The notes: a model not told the origin generated them from the sequence alone. 64,000 nucleotides of DNA from an uncultured Trueperaceae bacterium (GCA_963815215.1 CAWFFU010000003.1:352001-416000); one strand, 5' to 3'. Shown: positions 49,966 through 59,871, numbered from the stretch's first letter. Program-made: numbers and translations.

Positions 49966-49969
49966 GCAT

Positions 49970-50599
49970 ATGCGAACCGTGTTGATCGACTACGGAGCCG
50001 GCAACCTCCATAGCGTCGAACGCGCCCTGCAGCGCACGGGTCTGGCCGTGGAACGGCACCACGATCCGCTCCTGGCGGCCGGAGCGGACGTGTTGGTGCT
50101 CCCCGGTCAGGGGCATTTCGGACAGGTGATGACGGCCTTCCGCACCTCAGGCTTCGAGCCGCTGGTGCGCGAGCACGTGCGCGCCGGTCGCCCCTTCCTC
50201 GGCATCTGCGTGGGGCTGCAGCTGCTGCTCGACGCCTCCGAGGAGGCACCCGATGTGCCGGGGCTGGGCCTGCTCGCGGGCACGGCCCGCCGCTTCCCGG
50301 CCGACGGCGTGAGCGTTCCGCACATGGGGTGGAACCAGATCCGGCGGCACCGTGAGCCGGCGCTGCTCCAGGGCATCGCCGACGACGCCTTCGTCTACTT
50401 CGCGCACTCGTACTACGTCAGCTTCGAACAACTCGATGTTCCCGGCGCCTTCACCCGCTACGGCCCCGTCGACTTCAAGAGTGCCATCTCGCACGGTGCG
50501 CTCCACGCCACGCAGTTCCACCCGGAGAAGAGCCAGGCGGTGGGACTCACGGTCCTGGCGAACTTCGCGCGCCTGGCCCATGCAACGGTGGAGGCCTAG
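49970..50599 (+). CDS. hisH: Imidazole glycerol phosphate synthase subunit HisH
   Basis: IDYGAGNL, LGICVG, VPHMGWN, QFHPEKS. Confidence 0.98.
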   Translation: MRTVLIDYGAGNLHSVERALQRTGLAVERHHDPLLAAGADVLVLPGQGHFGQVMTAFRTSGFEPLVREHVRAGRPFLGICVGLQLLLDASEEAPDVPGLGLLAGTARRFPADGVSVPHMGWNQIRRHREPALLQGIADDAFVYFAHSYYVSFEQLDVPGAFTRYGPVDFKSAISHGALHATQFHPEKSQAVGLTVLANFARLAHATVEA

Positions 50600-50600
50600 C

Positions 50601-51338
50601 GTGCGGCGCGCGCGCGGGTACCGCGCGGCGCCGGCTACACGCTGGGCGGCGCTGCCGGCGCTGTTGCTGCTGGCCCTGGCGCTGGCGTCGGCCTCGGCGC
50701 AGGGCGGCGCCTGGACCGTCCAGACGGTGGCGCTGCGCGATCTTCGCCAGGCCGACGTCGTGGTCGCCCAGCTCCGCAACCTCGGGTTCGACGCCTACGA
50801 CGAGTTCGGCATGAACGACGGCAAGCAGTTCGTGCGCGTGCGCGTCGGTTGTTACACCGACAGAGCTGCGGCACAGGCGGCTGCGACCGCCCTCGCCAAG
50901 CACGTGACGGAACAGGCGGTCCCGACGGAGCTGTCGGCGGGCGCCAAACCGGCCCGCTGCATCCGGGAGGACATCGGCTTCCTGAAGCCTGCGGCCTGGA
51001 AGCGCATCGAAGCTACCAACGGGCTCCCGACCTTCCGTGTCCGGATCGCCGATCGTAGCGCCGACGTGGTGTTCGACGGTTCGGGCTGGCGGGTGGTGCA
51101 GGACGGCGCCGCTTCCCCGGTGACCGCCGCCGTCACCGGCAGCGCAGCGTTCGTCGTGGCGCACCCGGGTGGGGTGGCGTGGGTGGCCGAAGAGGTGCCG
51201 AGCGGGACGCGTCTTCTCTGCCCCGGCACATTGATCGGACACGCCGGTGAGTCCGCCATCGTCGAACGTACCGGCGAGGTCGTGGCGTGCAGCTTCGCGC
51301 CCCGCCCGAGCCGCCTCGCTGCCGGCAAGAGCCCATGA
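50601..51338 (+). CDS. Exported SPOR-domain protein
   Basis: Signal peptide; WTVQTVAL...LRNLGFDAY...VRVRVGCYTDRAAA. Confidence 0.8.
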   Translation: MRRARGYRAAPATRWAALPALLLLALALASASAQGGAWTVQTVALRDLRQADVVVAQLRNLGFDAYDEFGMNDGKQFVRVRVGCYTDRAAAQAAATALAKHVTEQAVPTELSAGAKPARCIREDIGFLKPAAWKRIEATNGLPTFRVRIADRSADVVFDGSGWRVVQDGAASPVTAAVTGSAAFVVAHPGGVAWVAEEVPSGTRLLCPGTLIGHAGESAIVERTGEVVACSFAPRPSRLAAGKSP

Positions 51339-52186
51339 GCGGACGGCTCGTCGTCCTCACTGGGCTCAGCGGATCGGGCAAGACAACGGCGCTGCACGCA
51401 CTGGAGGACATCGGCTTCTACACCGTCGACAATCTGCTCCCGGCGCTGTGGGAGGGCCTGGTCGACGCCGCCGGCAGTGGCGAGAACGCCATCGCCATCG
51501 GTGTCGACATCCGCACCCGTGCCTTCCTGGCCGCCGCACCCGCCGCCCTGGCGGCGTTGCGCGCACGCGGGCTGGCGGTGACGGTGGTGTTCCTCGATGC
51601 CAGCGATCCGACGCTGGTACGTCGATACAACTTCACGCGCCGTACGCACCCCCTGGCCGAGGGAACGCTCACAGCCGACCTGACGCAGGAGCGGCGCGCC
51701 CTGGAGGGCATTCGCGCGCTGGCCGACGTTGTCATCGACACCACCGCCACCAGCGCCCGCGAGCTGACGCAGGACTTGTGGGATCGCTTCGGCCAGGAGG
51801 GGGACTTCCTGTTGCGGGTTCTCTCCTTCGGCTACAAGCGGGGTGTCCCCACCGATGTGGACAGCGTGCTGGACGTTCGCGCGCTCCCCAACCCGTACTA
51901 CGATCCGACGCTCAAGCCTCTGCCCGGCACGTCGCCGGAGGTCCAGTCGTTCGTGTTCACGCCGAGCTCCTTCGAGCTCTACACCCGGTTGCGCGAGCTG
52001 GTGCGGGCGCTGGCGGCCGGCGCGCGTACCGAGGGGCGGTCGAGCTACAGCGTCGCCATCGGATGCACCGGCGGGCAACACCGCTCCGTGGCCGTAGCGG
52101 AGCGGCTCACCCACGATCTGGCCGATGCCTTCCGCACCCGGGCGCAGCATCGTGACCTGGAGGAAGCCTTGCGGGAGAACGCGTGA
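51335..52186 (+). CDS. rapZ: RapZ/YvcJ nucleotide-binding protein
   Basis: TGLSGSGKT, VDNL, TRRTHPL, SFGYKRG, DVRALPNPYY, GCTGGQHRSV. Confidence 0.97.
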   Translation: MSGRLVVLTGLSGSGKTTALHALEDIGFYTVDNLLPALWEGLVDAAGSGENAIAIGVDIRTRAFLAAAPAALAALRARGLAVTVVFLDASDPTLVRRYNFTRRTHPLAEGTLTADLTQERRALEGIRALADVVIDTTATSARELTQDLWDRFGQEGDFLLRVLSFGYKRGVPTDVDSVLDVRALPNPYYDPTLKPLPGTSPEVQSFVFTPSSFELYTRLRELVRALAAGARTEGRSSYSVAIGCTGGQHRSVAVAERLTHDLADAFRTRAQHRDLEEALRENA

Positions 52187-53523
52187 GGGGTCTTCGCGAC
52201 CGCTTCGACACCGTGTTGACGTGGCGCTTCTGGCTGACGCCGGGCATGGGCGTCAAGCGCCACGTGGTGCTGGCGGTGGCGGGAGCGCTGCTGTTGGTGC
52301 TCGGTGTGATCGGCGGGGTGTTGTGGGCCTTGAACGGGCGACGCCGCGAGCTCTCGAGCCCGATCGAGCACGTACTGGTGAGCGGCGCGTGGCGCGCCGC
52401 CGGCATCTATGTGGCATTGGCGCTGGTGTTGCTGGGTGTGTTGATCGCGGTGATCGCGGTGGGACGCCTCAACCGCTCGCTGCTGTCGAATTGGATGCCC
52501 AGCCCGAGCCAGGCCGCCGTGTTGCTCCACCGCCGGCTCTCGTTGGCGAGGGGACCACGCATCGTTGCGCTGGGCGGCGGCACCGGCCTCAGCAACCTGC
52601 TTCGTGGGCTGCGCGGCCATACCTCCAACGTCACCGCGGTGGTCACCGTCAGCGATGATGGAGGTTCCTCGGGGAGGCTGCGCGAGGCGTTCGACATGCC
52701 GCCTCCGGGCGATCTCACCGATTGCCTGGCCGCGCTCAGCGACAACGAGCTGGAGGTCGGCCGTCTGCTGCAGTATCGCTTCTCGCGAGGCGAGGAACTC
52801 AAGGGGCACACCTTCGGGAACCTCTTCATCACGACGCTCACGGAGGTGGAGGGCGACTTCGGACAGGCGATCCGGGTCCTCAACCGTCTGCTGAACCTGG
52901 CGGGCGCGGTCTACCCGGTCACCGGGATGCCGTTGACGCTGCTGGTGACGAAGGCCGACGGGAAGGTCATCCGGGGCGAGAGCCGCACGCGGGAGTGCGC
53001 GGGGCCGGCGCGTTCGCTGGCACTCGAGCCGGAGGCGCCTGAGGCCATACCGGAGGTGATCGAGGCGCTACGGCGGGCGGATCTGGTGGTCCTCGGCCCG
53101 GGCAGTCTCTTCACCAGCACGCTCCCCCCCATCCTGGTGCCTACCGTCGGCGATGCCCTTCGGAGCAGCGCCGCGAGGATCGTCTACGTGTGCAACATCA
53201 TGACCGAGGCCGGCGAGACCGACGCCTTCGATGCGTACGCGCACGTCGACACGCTGGCGCGCCACCTGGGTCGCCTGCCCGATGTCGTCGTCCTCAACAG
53301 CACGCCGGTCGATGAGGAGCGCATCCGGGCCTACCGCGCTGAAGGGGCGGCCGTCGTCGAACCGGCCTCGGAGCGGTTCGGCGAGATCGGGGTCGAGGTG
53401 CTCCACCTCCCGCTGCTGGGCAGCGGCCCCGTTGCTCAGCACGACAGTGAACGTCTGGCGGCCTGGCTCGTCGAGCACGCCCGCAGCCACGCGGTTGCGC
53501 GAAAGGCAGGTCCGCGATCATGA
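52183..53523 (+). CDS. yvcK: YvcK/GlmR family protein with two N-terminal TM helices
   Basis: LTPGMGVKR, LGGGTGLS, VSDDGGSSGRLR, GHTFGN, GPGSLFTS. Confidence 0.96.
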   Translation: MRGLRDRFDTVLTWRFWLTPGMGVKRHVVLAVAGALLLVLGVIGGVLWALNGRRRELSSPIEHVLVSGAWRAAGIYVALALVLLGVLIAVIAVGRLNRSLLSNWMPSPSQAAVLLHRRLSLARGPRIVALGGGTGLSNLLRGLRGHTSNVTAVVTVSDDGGSSGRLREAFDMPPPGDLTDCLAALSDNELEVGRLLQYRFSRGEELKGHTFGNLFITTLTEVEGDFGQAIRVLNRLLNLAGAVYPVTGMPLTLLVTKADGKVIRGESRTRECAGPARSLALEPEAPEAIPEVIEALRRADLVVLGPGSLFTSTLPPILVPTVGDALRSSAARIVYVCNIMTEAGETDAFDAYAHVDTLARHLGRLPDVVVLNSTPVDEERIRAYRAEGAAVVEPASERFGEIGVEVLHLPLLGSGPVAQHDSERLAAWLVEHARSHAVARKAGPRS

Positions 53524-54611
53524 TCCACCTCCTCGTCCTCGCATTGGCCGCGCTGCATCTGCAGGACCCTGCCGGTGACGCGGTCGGAGACGGCACCCTG
53601 GTGCCGCCCACCGCGCCGATCTACGCCAATACGGCCGCTTTCGATCTACAGTCGGTGACGCTCACGAGCGATCCCAAGCTGACGGTGCGGCTGGAGCTGG
53701 GTTCGTTGAGCAACGCGGGCAAGCTCGCCAACGGCTTCTCCGGCCCGATCATCGAGGTCTACCTCGACACCGCTCCGGGCGGCGCGCAGCAGCTTCTCCC
53801 CGGTTCCGCCATGGCGATGCCGCCCAAGCACGGCTGGGAGGTCGCCCTTCGCGCCACCGGCGACGAGGCCTACGCGGTCGAGGCCCAGGCCCACGGCTCG
53901 CCGGCCAGCTGGCCGCGCGAGCCCGTGACCGTCCAGGTCCAAGGCAACACCATCACCTTGCACACGACCCTCGTGCGCCCCGACCGGGCCGATCTCTACG
54001 CCCTGACGGGCGTCTACGATCCGTTCACGCAGGACGGCTGGCGACCGCTCAGCCGGACGGTATCGCCCTGGGCGTTCTCCAGCCCGACCCAGCCGGTGCC
54101 GGTGGTCGACCTGCTGGCGTACAACCAGAGCGCGCAACGCCGGGAGATCGACAGCGGGGTGCTCTCGCCGTATCGCTCCCCGTTCCAGGGGATCGGCTGG
54201 CTGGTGCTGATGGTGGTGGGCCTGATCACGGCAGGCGCGGGACTGGTGGTGCGGCGTCGGGTTCGGGCGCCGACGCCCGTCGACGCGGCGGTCGGCGGTA
54301 GCCCCGTCCCTGCCCAGGACGCCGCTCGCGCCGACGCGAGTGCGGCAGCAACGGACGACGCCCCGGTGGACGACGCCCCGGTGGAGGACGCCCCGCTGGA
54401 GGACGGCGCCATGGAGGACGATCCGGCGAAGGGCGGCGCAACGCAGAGCGTCGTCACGGGGGCCAGCGCCGGTGTGCCGTTCACGGTCGCGACCTTGGAC
54501 GAGGCGCCGGACGACGCGATGGATGATGCGGTCGACGATGCGATAGACGAACGGGCGGACGACACCGCGGAGCGGGGCGACAGCGAGGGGCCCGGCCAGC
54601 GCCGCCGCTGA
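53520..54611 (+). CDS. Glucodextranase DOMON-like domain membrane protein with acidic tail
   Basis: DPAGDAVGDG..PTAP, NGFS..IEVYLD; TM followed by RRR; Asp/Glu repeats. Confidence 0.8.
   Translation: MIHLLVLALAALHLQDPAGDAVGDGTLVPPTAPIYANTAAFDLQSVTLTSDPKLTVRLELGSLSNAGKLANGFSGPIIEVYLDTAPGGAQQLLPGSAMAMPPKHGWEVALRATGDEAYAVEAQAHGSPASWPREPVTVQVQGNTITLHTTLVRPDRADLYALTGVYDPFTQDGWRPLSRTVSPWAFSSPTQPVPVVDLLAYNQSAQRREIDSGVLSPYRSPFQGIGWLVLMVVGLITAGAGLVVRRRVRAPTPVDAAVGGSPVPAQDAARADASAAATDDAPVDDAPVEDAPLEDGAMEDDPAKGGATQSVVTGASAGVPFTVATLDEAPDDAMDDAVDDAIDERADDTAERGDSEGPGQRRR
54354..54428 (+). repeat. 15-bp coding tandem repeat x5 (DDAPV-type)
   Basis: GACGACGCCCCGGTG twice, then degenerate EDAPL, EDGAM, EDDPA. 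Confidence 0.8.
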
Positions 54612-54734
54612 GCGCTTCGGGCGCACCGGGCCGATCCCCACCTGAACATTCGGGGAGGCTCGTGGCGCTCGTCGTGACCGTCATCGTGACGCGGGCGTGA
54701 AGACTCCCCGGGGACGTTCGCGCTATACCGGGGC

Positions 54735-56279
54735 ATGGAACAGGGCACCGATCCTCTCACGATGCAGCCGGCCGTGTCCCCGGTCCGGCAGCGGCTCGCG
54801 GTCGGCGCCGGTGCGGCGCTGCTCTCCGGCGCGGCCATGGTGGCGAGTCGCCTCCTGGTCTCCGCGCCCACCCCGATCGACTCGCTATTCGACCTGACCG
54901 GCCATCTTCTGGGGGTGCCGGCGGTCTTCAACGTCATTCACAGCCTCCCCTACGGGCTCGACCACTACGCCAAGTACGCCCTGTTCGGGACGATGGCCCT
55001 GGCCTACGTGATCCTGTGGACCGCCGTGGCGTTGCAGTTGACGCGCCTGGCGCGCGCCTGGCGTCTGGTCGTGCCGGTGCTGGCCACGCCCGCCCTGATG
55101 GGACTGGTCCTGCTACCGCTGGAGGGGCTCGGCGCGTTCGGCCTCGATCCCAACAATTACGTCTACCGACCCTGGCCCACCCAGCTGTGGGCGGCAGCGT
55201 TCGGCGCCGTCTACGGTGCGGTGCTGCTGGTCGCGCGTGGGGGCGGAGCCGTCGGAGAGAGGGTCCACGATGCCAGCCGGCGCGCGGCGCTCGGTCGTAG
55301 TGCCCGTGGGTTGCTGGTGCTGGCGGTGGGGCTGGGCACGGCGCGCCTGGCGCTCGGTGCCCTGGCTCGGGCGGCGGCGCAACTCGAGGGACTGTTGGCG
55401 CGGATCCGGGGGCTCGGTCCGGTCGTCACCCCGGTGGGCGATCACTACGTGGTGTCGAAGAACTTCTCCGATCCCAGAGTCGACGGCTCGCGCTGGCAGC
55501 TCAAGCTGCACGGTCTGGTGGAGCATCCGCTCGAGCTGACCCTCTCCGATCTCGAGGCACTGCCGTCGGTAACGCGCAGCACGACCCTGATCTGCATCTC
55601 CAACGAGGTCGGCGGGCACCTCGTCGGGAACAGCCTATGGACCGGTGTGCCCATGGCCGACCTTCTGGAGATGGCCGGCCTGAAACCGGGGGCGACCCAC
55701 CTGATCCTGCGCGCCGCGGACAACTACTCCGATTCGTTCCCGCTCGACGTCGCCCGCCGCGACGGCACCATGGTGGCCTACCGGCAGGACGGCGAGCCGC
55801 TGGTGCGCGGCCACGGCTTCCCGGCGCGCGTGCTGGCGCCCGGTATCTACGGCATGAAGAGCGTCAAGTGGCTCGTGGACATCGAGGCCGTCGACCACGA
55901 CTACACGGGCTACTGGGAGCAGCGAGGTTGGAGTCCGACGGCGGTGGTACATACCATGAGCCGCATCGACACCCCAACGGCTACGGTGCTGGGGGGCGAC
56001 GCCGCCATCGGAGGCATCGCCTTCGCGGGCCTGAGGGGGATCCGCACCGTCGAGGTGTCGACGGACGGCGGCAAGGGCTGGCAGGAGGCGACCCTGCGGC
56101 CGGCCGACAACGCCTTCTCGTGGACGCTGTGGGGGTTCGAGTGGCAAACCGATCCGGGGCAGTACGACGTGCTGGTGCGTGCCGTGGATGGGACCGGCGC
56201 CGTGCAGACCGCCGAACGGAGCCAGCCGCTGCCTGATGGAGCGACCGGGTACCACAAGCTCAAGGTGAGGGTAGGGTGA
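54735..56279 (+). CDS. Membrane-bound molybdopterin oxidoreductase (sulfite oxidase family)
   Basis: TLICISN (Mo-ligand Cys), GNSLWTGV, HGFPARVLAPGIYGMKSVKW, GYWEQRGW, dimerisation domain. Confidence 0.93.
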   Translation: MEQGTDPLTMQPAVSPVRQRLAVGAGAALLSGAAMVASRLLVSAPTPIDSLFDLTGHLLGVPAVFNVIHSLPYGLDHYAKYALFGTMALAYVILWTAVALQLTRLARAWRLVVPVLATPALMGLVLLPLEGLGAFGLDPNNYVYRPWPTQLWAAAFGAVYGAVLLVARGGGAVGERVHDASRRAALGRSARGLLVLAVGLGTARLALGALARAAAQLEGLLARIRGLGPVVTPVGDHYVVSKNFSDPRVDGSRWQLKLHGLVEHPLELTLSDLEALPSVTRSTTLICISNEVGGHLVGNSLWTGVPMADLLEMAGLKPGATHLILRAADNYSDSFPLDVARRDGTMVAYRQDGEPLVRGHGFPARVLAPGIYGMKSVKWLVDIEAVDHDYTGYWEQRGWSPTAVVHTMSRIDTPTATVLGGDAAIGGIAFAGLRGIRTVEVSTDGGKGWQEATLRPADNAFSWTLWGFEWQTDPGQYDVLVRAVDGTGAVQTAERSQPLPDGATGYHKLKVRVG

Positions 56280-56298
56280 TGGTCCGCCGCCCCGTTCG

Positions 56299-57615
56299 TC
56301 AGCGGCCGTACGTCCCGGTGACGAACAGTTCGGGCTCGGGTGCACGGCTCATGCCGTCGCCCGAGCGCGTCACGCGTGCGCCCAGACGCGCCAACCGACC
56401 CGCGACATCCTCGTAGCCACGGTCGATGAACCCCACGCCGCTGATCTCGGAGCGACCTCGTGCGGCCACGGCCGCCACGATGAGGGCGCCGCCCGCCCGG
56501 ATGTCGGCCGCATGCATGGTGGCCCCCGCCAGCGGGCCCCCTTCGATGCGGAGCACGCGGTCGTCGAGCTGCATGCGGGCGCCCGTCTTGGCGAGCGCTT
56601 CAACGTGCGTGAATCGGTAGGGGTAGATGTCGTCGCGTACTGTGCTGCTGCCGTCCACGGTGGCCAGGAAGGCGCCGAAAGGTGCCTGCAGATCGGTCGG
56701 CAATCCGGGGAACGGCCCGGCGACGATGTCGGTCGGTACGAGGGTGCCTGAAGCGTCGATCCCCACCCAGTCCGGGCCGGCCTCGATCGCAACCCCGGTG
56801 CGGGACAGCGCCTCCAGCGTGGCGTCCAGGTGGTCCGGCAGGACGTTGTGCAGGCGCGCGCGGCCGCGGCTCGCGGCGGTCGCCAGCAGGTAGGTGCCGG
56901 CTTCGATGCGGTCCGGGATGGGCCGGTAGCGTACGCCGTGGAGGCGCTCAGCGCCGTGCACGCGGAGTACGGATGTACCCGCTCCCTCGACGGTCGCTCC
57001 CATGGCGGTAAGCATGCGCGCCAGATCGGGGACCTCGGGCTCGAGCGCCGCGTTCTCGATGGTCACTTCGCGGCCCGAGAGCGCCGCAGCCAGGAGCACA
57101 TTCTGGGTGCCGCCGACGGTCGAGACCTCGAAGCTCACGTGGCCCTGGAGCGGACCCTCGCGGCGCGCCACGAAGTCACCCTCGTCCTCGTCGACATGGA
57201 CGCCCAGGTCCCTGAACGCCTGGATGTGGCGGTCCACCGGTCGCGGACCGAAGGCGCAACCGCCCGGCATGGAGATCCGGGCCTCGCCGCAGCGGGCGAG
57301 CAGGGCCCCCATGGCCACGAAGCTGGCGCGCATCTTGCTGACGAGGCGGTAGGGCGCATGACAGGTGGTGATGGTCCGGGCGTGGACGTGCAGGTCCCTG
57401 CCCTCCCAGTGCGTCTCGGCGCCCACGTGGCGGAGGATCTCCTCCGTGACGAGCACGTCGCTGAGGCGCGGTACGTCCTCCAGCACCACCGGCTCGTCGG
57501 TGAGGAGCGCGGCGAGCATCAGGTACAGCGCGGAGTTCTTGGCACTGAACACGCGGAGTTCTCCCGCCAGGGGTTTCCCGCCGTGGATGATCAGGAGGTC
57601 GTTGTCGTCGGTCAT
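56299..57615 (-). CDS. murA: UDP-N-acetylglucosamine 1-carboxyvinyltransferase
   Basis: AKNSAL, MRAS, PGGCAFGPRPVD, EPEV, PDRIEAGT, PTDLQ, DRGYE; SD GAGG. Confidence 0.97.
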   Translation of the reverse strand: MTDDNDLLIIHGGKPLAGELRVFSAKNSALYLMLAALLTDEPVVLEDVPRLSDVLVTEEILRHVGAETHWEGRDLHVHARTITTCHAPYRLVSKMRASFVAMGALLARCGEARISMPGGCAFGPRPVDRHIQAFRDLGVHVDEDEGDFVARREGPLQGHVSFEVSTVGGTQNVLLAAALSGREVTIENAALEPEVPDLARMLTAMGATVEGAGTSVLRVHGAERLHGVRYRPIPDRIEAGTYLLATAASRGRARLHNVLPDHLDATLEALSRTGVAIEAGPDWVGIDASGTLVPTDIVAGPFPGLPTDLQAPFGAFLATVDGSSTVRDDIYPYRFTHVEALAKTGARMQLDDRVLRIEGGPLAGATMHAADIRAGGALIVAAVAARGRSEISGVGFIDRGYEDVAGRLARLGARVTRSGDGMSRAPEPELFVTGTYGR

Positions 57616-57648
57616 CCCTGTTCCTCGCCCGGCGTGCCTTCCGGTCCG

Positions 57649-57748
57649 TGTGAGAATTGCCACATCATGTGCAAGTTACACATGCGCTGCACAGGTAGTC
57701 TAGGCCGGTACCGCAACATTGTCAAGAAAATACATCAGATGCTATAGT
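57649..57748. promoter_or_regulatory. Back-to-back sigma70 promoters sharing one -35 element, plus two palindromic sites
   Basis: Minus: TTGACA(57725-57720)-17nt-TAGACT(57702-57697). Plus: TTGTCA(57719-57724)-18nt-TATAGT(57743-57748) with TG extension. Palindromes at 57649-57664 and 57666-57684. Confidence 0.75.
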
Positions 57749-57783
57749 TGCTTGCCACGAGCATTCGCATGGAGAGGAGCGCC

Positions 57784-57993
57784 GTGCCCAAGCGGGAGAA
57801 AAGCAAGCGATTGCAGGTCGTCATCACCGAGGCCCAGGATTCGCTGCTCACCAAGACGGCCTATCAGCTCTCCAATCCGGAGCGCCTCGTCTCCAAGTCG
57901 GAGGTGGTGCGGCTCGGAATCGAGATGCTGAACCGCGCCGTCGAGGAGGGCCGGCTCGATCCCGAGCTGCTCAAGACGCTCGAAGAGCACTGA
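57784..57993 (+). CDS. Small ribbon-helix-helix-like transcriptional regulator
   Basis: KRLQVVIT beta strand, helix, VSKSEVVRLGI helix; SD GAGGAG before GTG. Confidence 0.8.
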   Translation: MPKREKSKRLQVVITEAQDSLLTKTAYQLSNPERLVSKSEVVRLGIEMLNRAVEEGRLDPELLKTLEEH

Positions 57994-58008
57994 GCGCGGC
58001 GCGCTCCG

Positions 58009-59862
58009 ATGTTCCATACCGGCGACCTCGTCGACAATCGCTACGACATCCTGGGTGTCCTCGGGGCCGGGGGGATGGCCCAGGTGTTCCAGGCACGTGA
58101 CCGACACCTGGAACGGGCGGTGGCACTCAAGGTGCTGCGCCCCCACCTCACCGACACCGACAGCGAACGGTTCCGCCGCGAGATCCGTGCGCTGGCGCGG
58201 CTGAATCATCCCGGCATCGTCAGCATCTACGACCTGGGGCTGGGCGAGCACGTGTATTTCGCGATGGAGCTCATCGAGGGTGGACCCGTCACCGACCTGG
58301 GTCCGCTCGAGGCGGACACGGAATCCCTCGAGAGGCTGTTCCGCGCCGCCATCACCGTCGCCGAGGCGCTCGGGTACGTGCACCGGCTGGGGATGGTGCA
58401 CCGCGACCTGACGCCCCGCAACATCCTGCTCACCCAGGAGGGGCATCCCAAGGTGATGGACTTCGGCCTGGTCCAGCTCACCGAGACCTCCCGCGAGCTG
58501 ACGCGGACCGGATTCACGCTCGGCACCCCGCAGTACATGGCTCCGGAGCAGGCCACCGGCGATGCGACCGGCGCGGCCACCGACCTCTACGCCTTCGGGG
58601 CGGTGCTCTACCGAACCGTGACCGGCGTCGCGCCATTCGACGCCGACAACGATCAGGCCGTGCTCTATCAGCACGTGTACGGCTCTCCCACCCCGGCCGC
58701 CGAGCTCAACGTCCAGGTCCCGGAGCCGCTGTCGCGCCTCATCTCAGGGCTGCTCCAGAAGGACCCCGACCGGCGGCCGCTCTCCGGGTTCGCGGTTGCC
58801 GACGCGCTGCGGGCGGTCCTGGACAGCCTGCGGGAACGTGCCACCCACGTGGCGCTCGGCGGACCCGGGCGCAAAGGGGTCTACCCGCGCGGACCGGCGT
58901 CCGCGGACCGGCTCACGCGCCAGTGGGTGCGGAAGCTCGAGGAGGGGCCCCAGTGGCCCGCCGGCATGGCGGCTGCGGGTGGCTTCGTGCTGGTGGGGCA
59001 GCGCAGCGATGCGCTGGCCGTGCTGCGGCCGGCCGACGGCGGGGTGCAGACGACCTTCGAGCTCCGGGACGAGGTCAGTCAGCCGCCCGCGTTCGCGAGC
59101 GATCGCATCGTCGTGGTCAGCCGGGACGGGGCCGTGCACGCGATCGCCTGGCCCCGCGGCGAGACGCTGTGGCGACGCGACGACGCCGACGTCGTGGGCG
59201 TGCTCCCGCTGGGCGACGTGCTGCTCGTCACCGATCGGAACGTCGGCGCAGCCGCCTGGGACCTCGACGGGACCGAGCGCTGGAGCTACGACGCCGGCGC
59301 GGCCGCCGCGACGCCGCCCACCGTGCACCGCGGCCTGCTGCTGTTCGCGACGGAGGACGGCTGGCTGCATGCGGTCAAGGCCGACGATGGGTCTCCGAGC
59401 TTCAAGGTGGAGGTGGGGCCGGTCGTCGCCACCCTGTCCGCCGCCGACGGGGTGCTGCTGATCCCCGAGCGCAGTGGAGCGCTGCACGCGTTCGACCTGG
59501 CCCGCCACGACACGCTGTGGACCTTCGACCTAGAGGGCGAGCTGTGGGCGACGCCGCTGATCTGGAACCAGCGGGTCTTCACGGTCTCCTGGGGGCGCAA
59601 GTTGCACTGCCTGTCATTGAGGACGGGCGACGACCTGTGGGTGCGCGACCTGCCCGCGGCCGTCACGGCCGCGCCCAGCCTGGCCTCGGGCACGCTGTAC
59701 CTGGGAACCGAGGGAGGCGAGCTGCTGTGCTTCGACGCCCGCAGTGGCCAGCTCCTGTTCCGCGACCGGGTGGGGAGCGGCGCCGTCCAGGCGAGCCCCC
59801 TGCCGGTGGCTGACAGTGTGGTGGTGGCGGCGCTCGACGGCACCGTGGCCGCCTACCGCTGA
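58009..59862 (+). CDS. Hanks-type Ser/Thr kinase with PQQ-like beta-propeller (RqkA-like)
   Basis: LGAGGMAQV, VALK, HRDLTPRNIL, DFG, GTPQYMAPE; C-terminal Trp-docking repeats; no TM helix seen. Confidence 0.92.
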   Translation: MFHTGDLVDNRYDILGVLGAGGMAQVFQARDRHLERAVALKVLRPHLTDTDSERFRREIRALARLNHPGIVSIYDLGLGEHVYFAMELIEGGPVTDLGPLEADTESLERLFRAAITVAEALGYVHRLGMVHRDLTPRNILLTQEGHPKVMDFGLVQLTETSRELTRTGFTLGTPQYMAPEQATGDATGAATDLYAFGAVLYRTVTGVAPFDADNDQAVLYQHVYGSPTPAAELNVQVPEPLSRLISGLLQKDPDRRPLSGFAVADALRAVLDSLRERATHVALGGPGRKGVYPRGPASADRLTRQWVRKLEEGPQWPAGMAAAGGFVLVGQRSDALAVLRPADGGVQTTFELRDEVSQPPAFASDRIVVVSRDGAVHAIAWPRGETLWRRDDADVVGVLPLGDVLLVTDRNVGAAAWDLDGTERWSYDAGAAAATPPTVHRGLLLFATEDGWLHAVKADDGSPSFKVEVGPVVATLSAADGVLLIPERSGALHAFDLARHDTLWTFDLEGELWATPLIWNQRVFTVSWGRKLHCLSLRTGDDLWVRDLPAAVTAAPSLASGTLYLGTEGGELLCFDARSGQLLFRDRVGSGAVQASPLPVADSVVVAALDGTVAAYR

Positions 59863-59871
59863 ACGGCGGCC

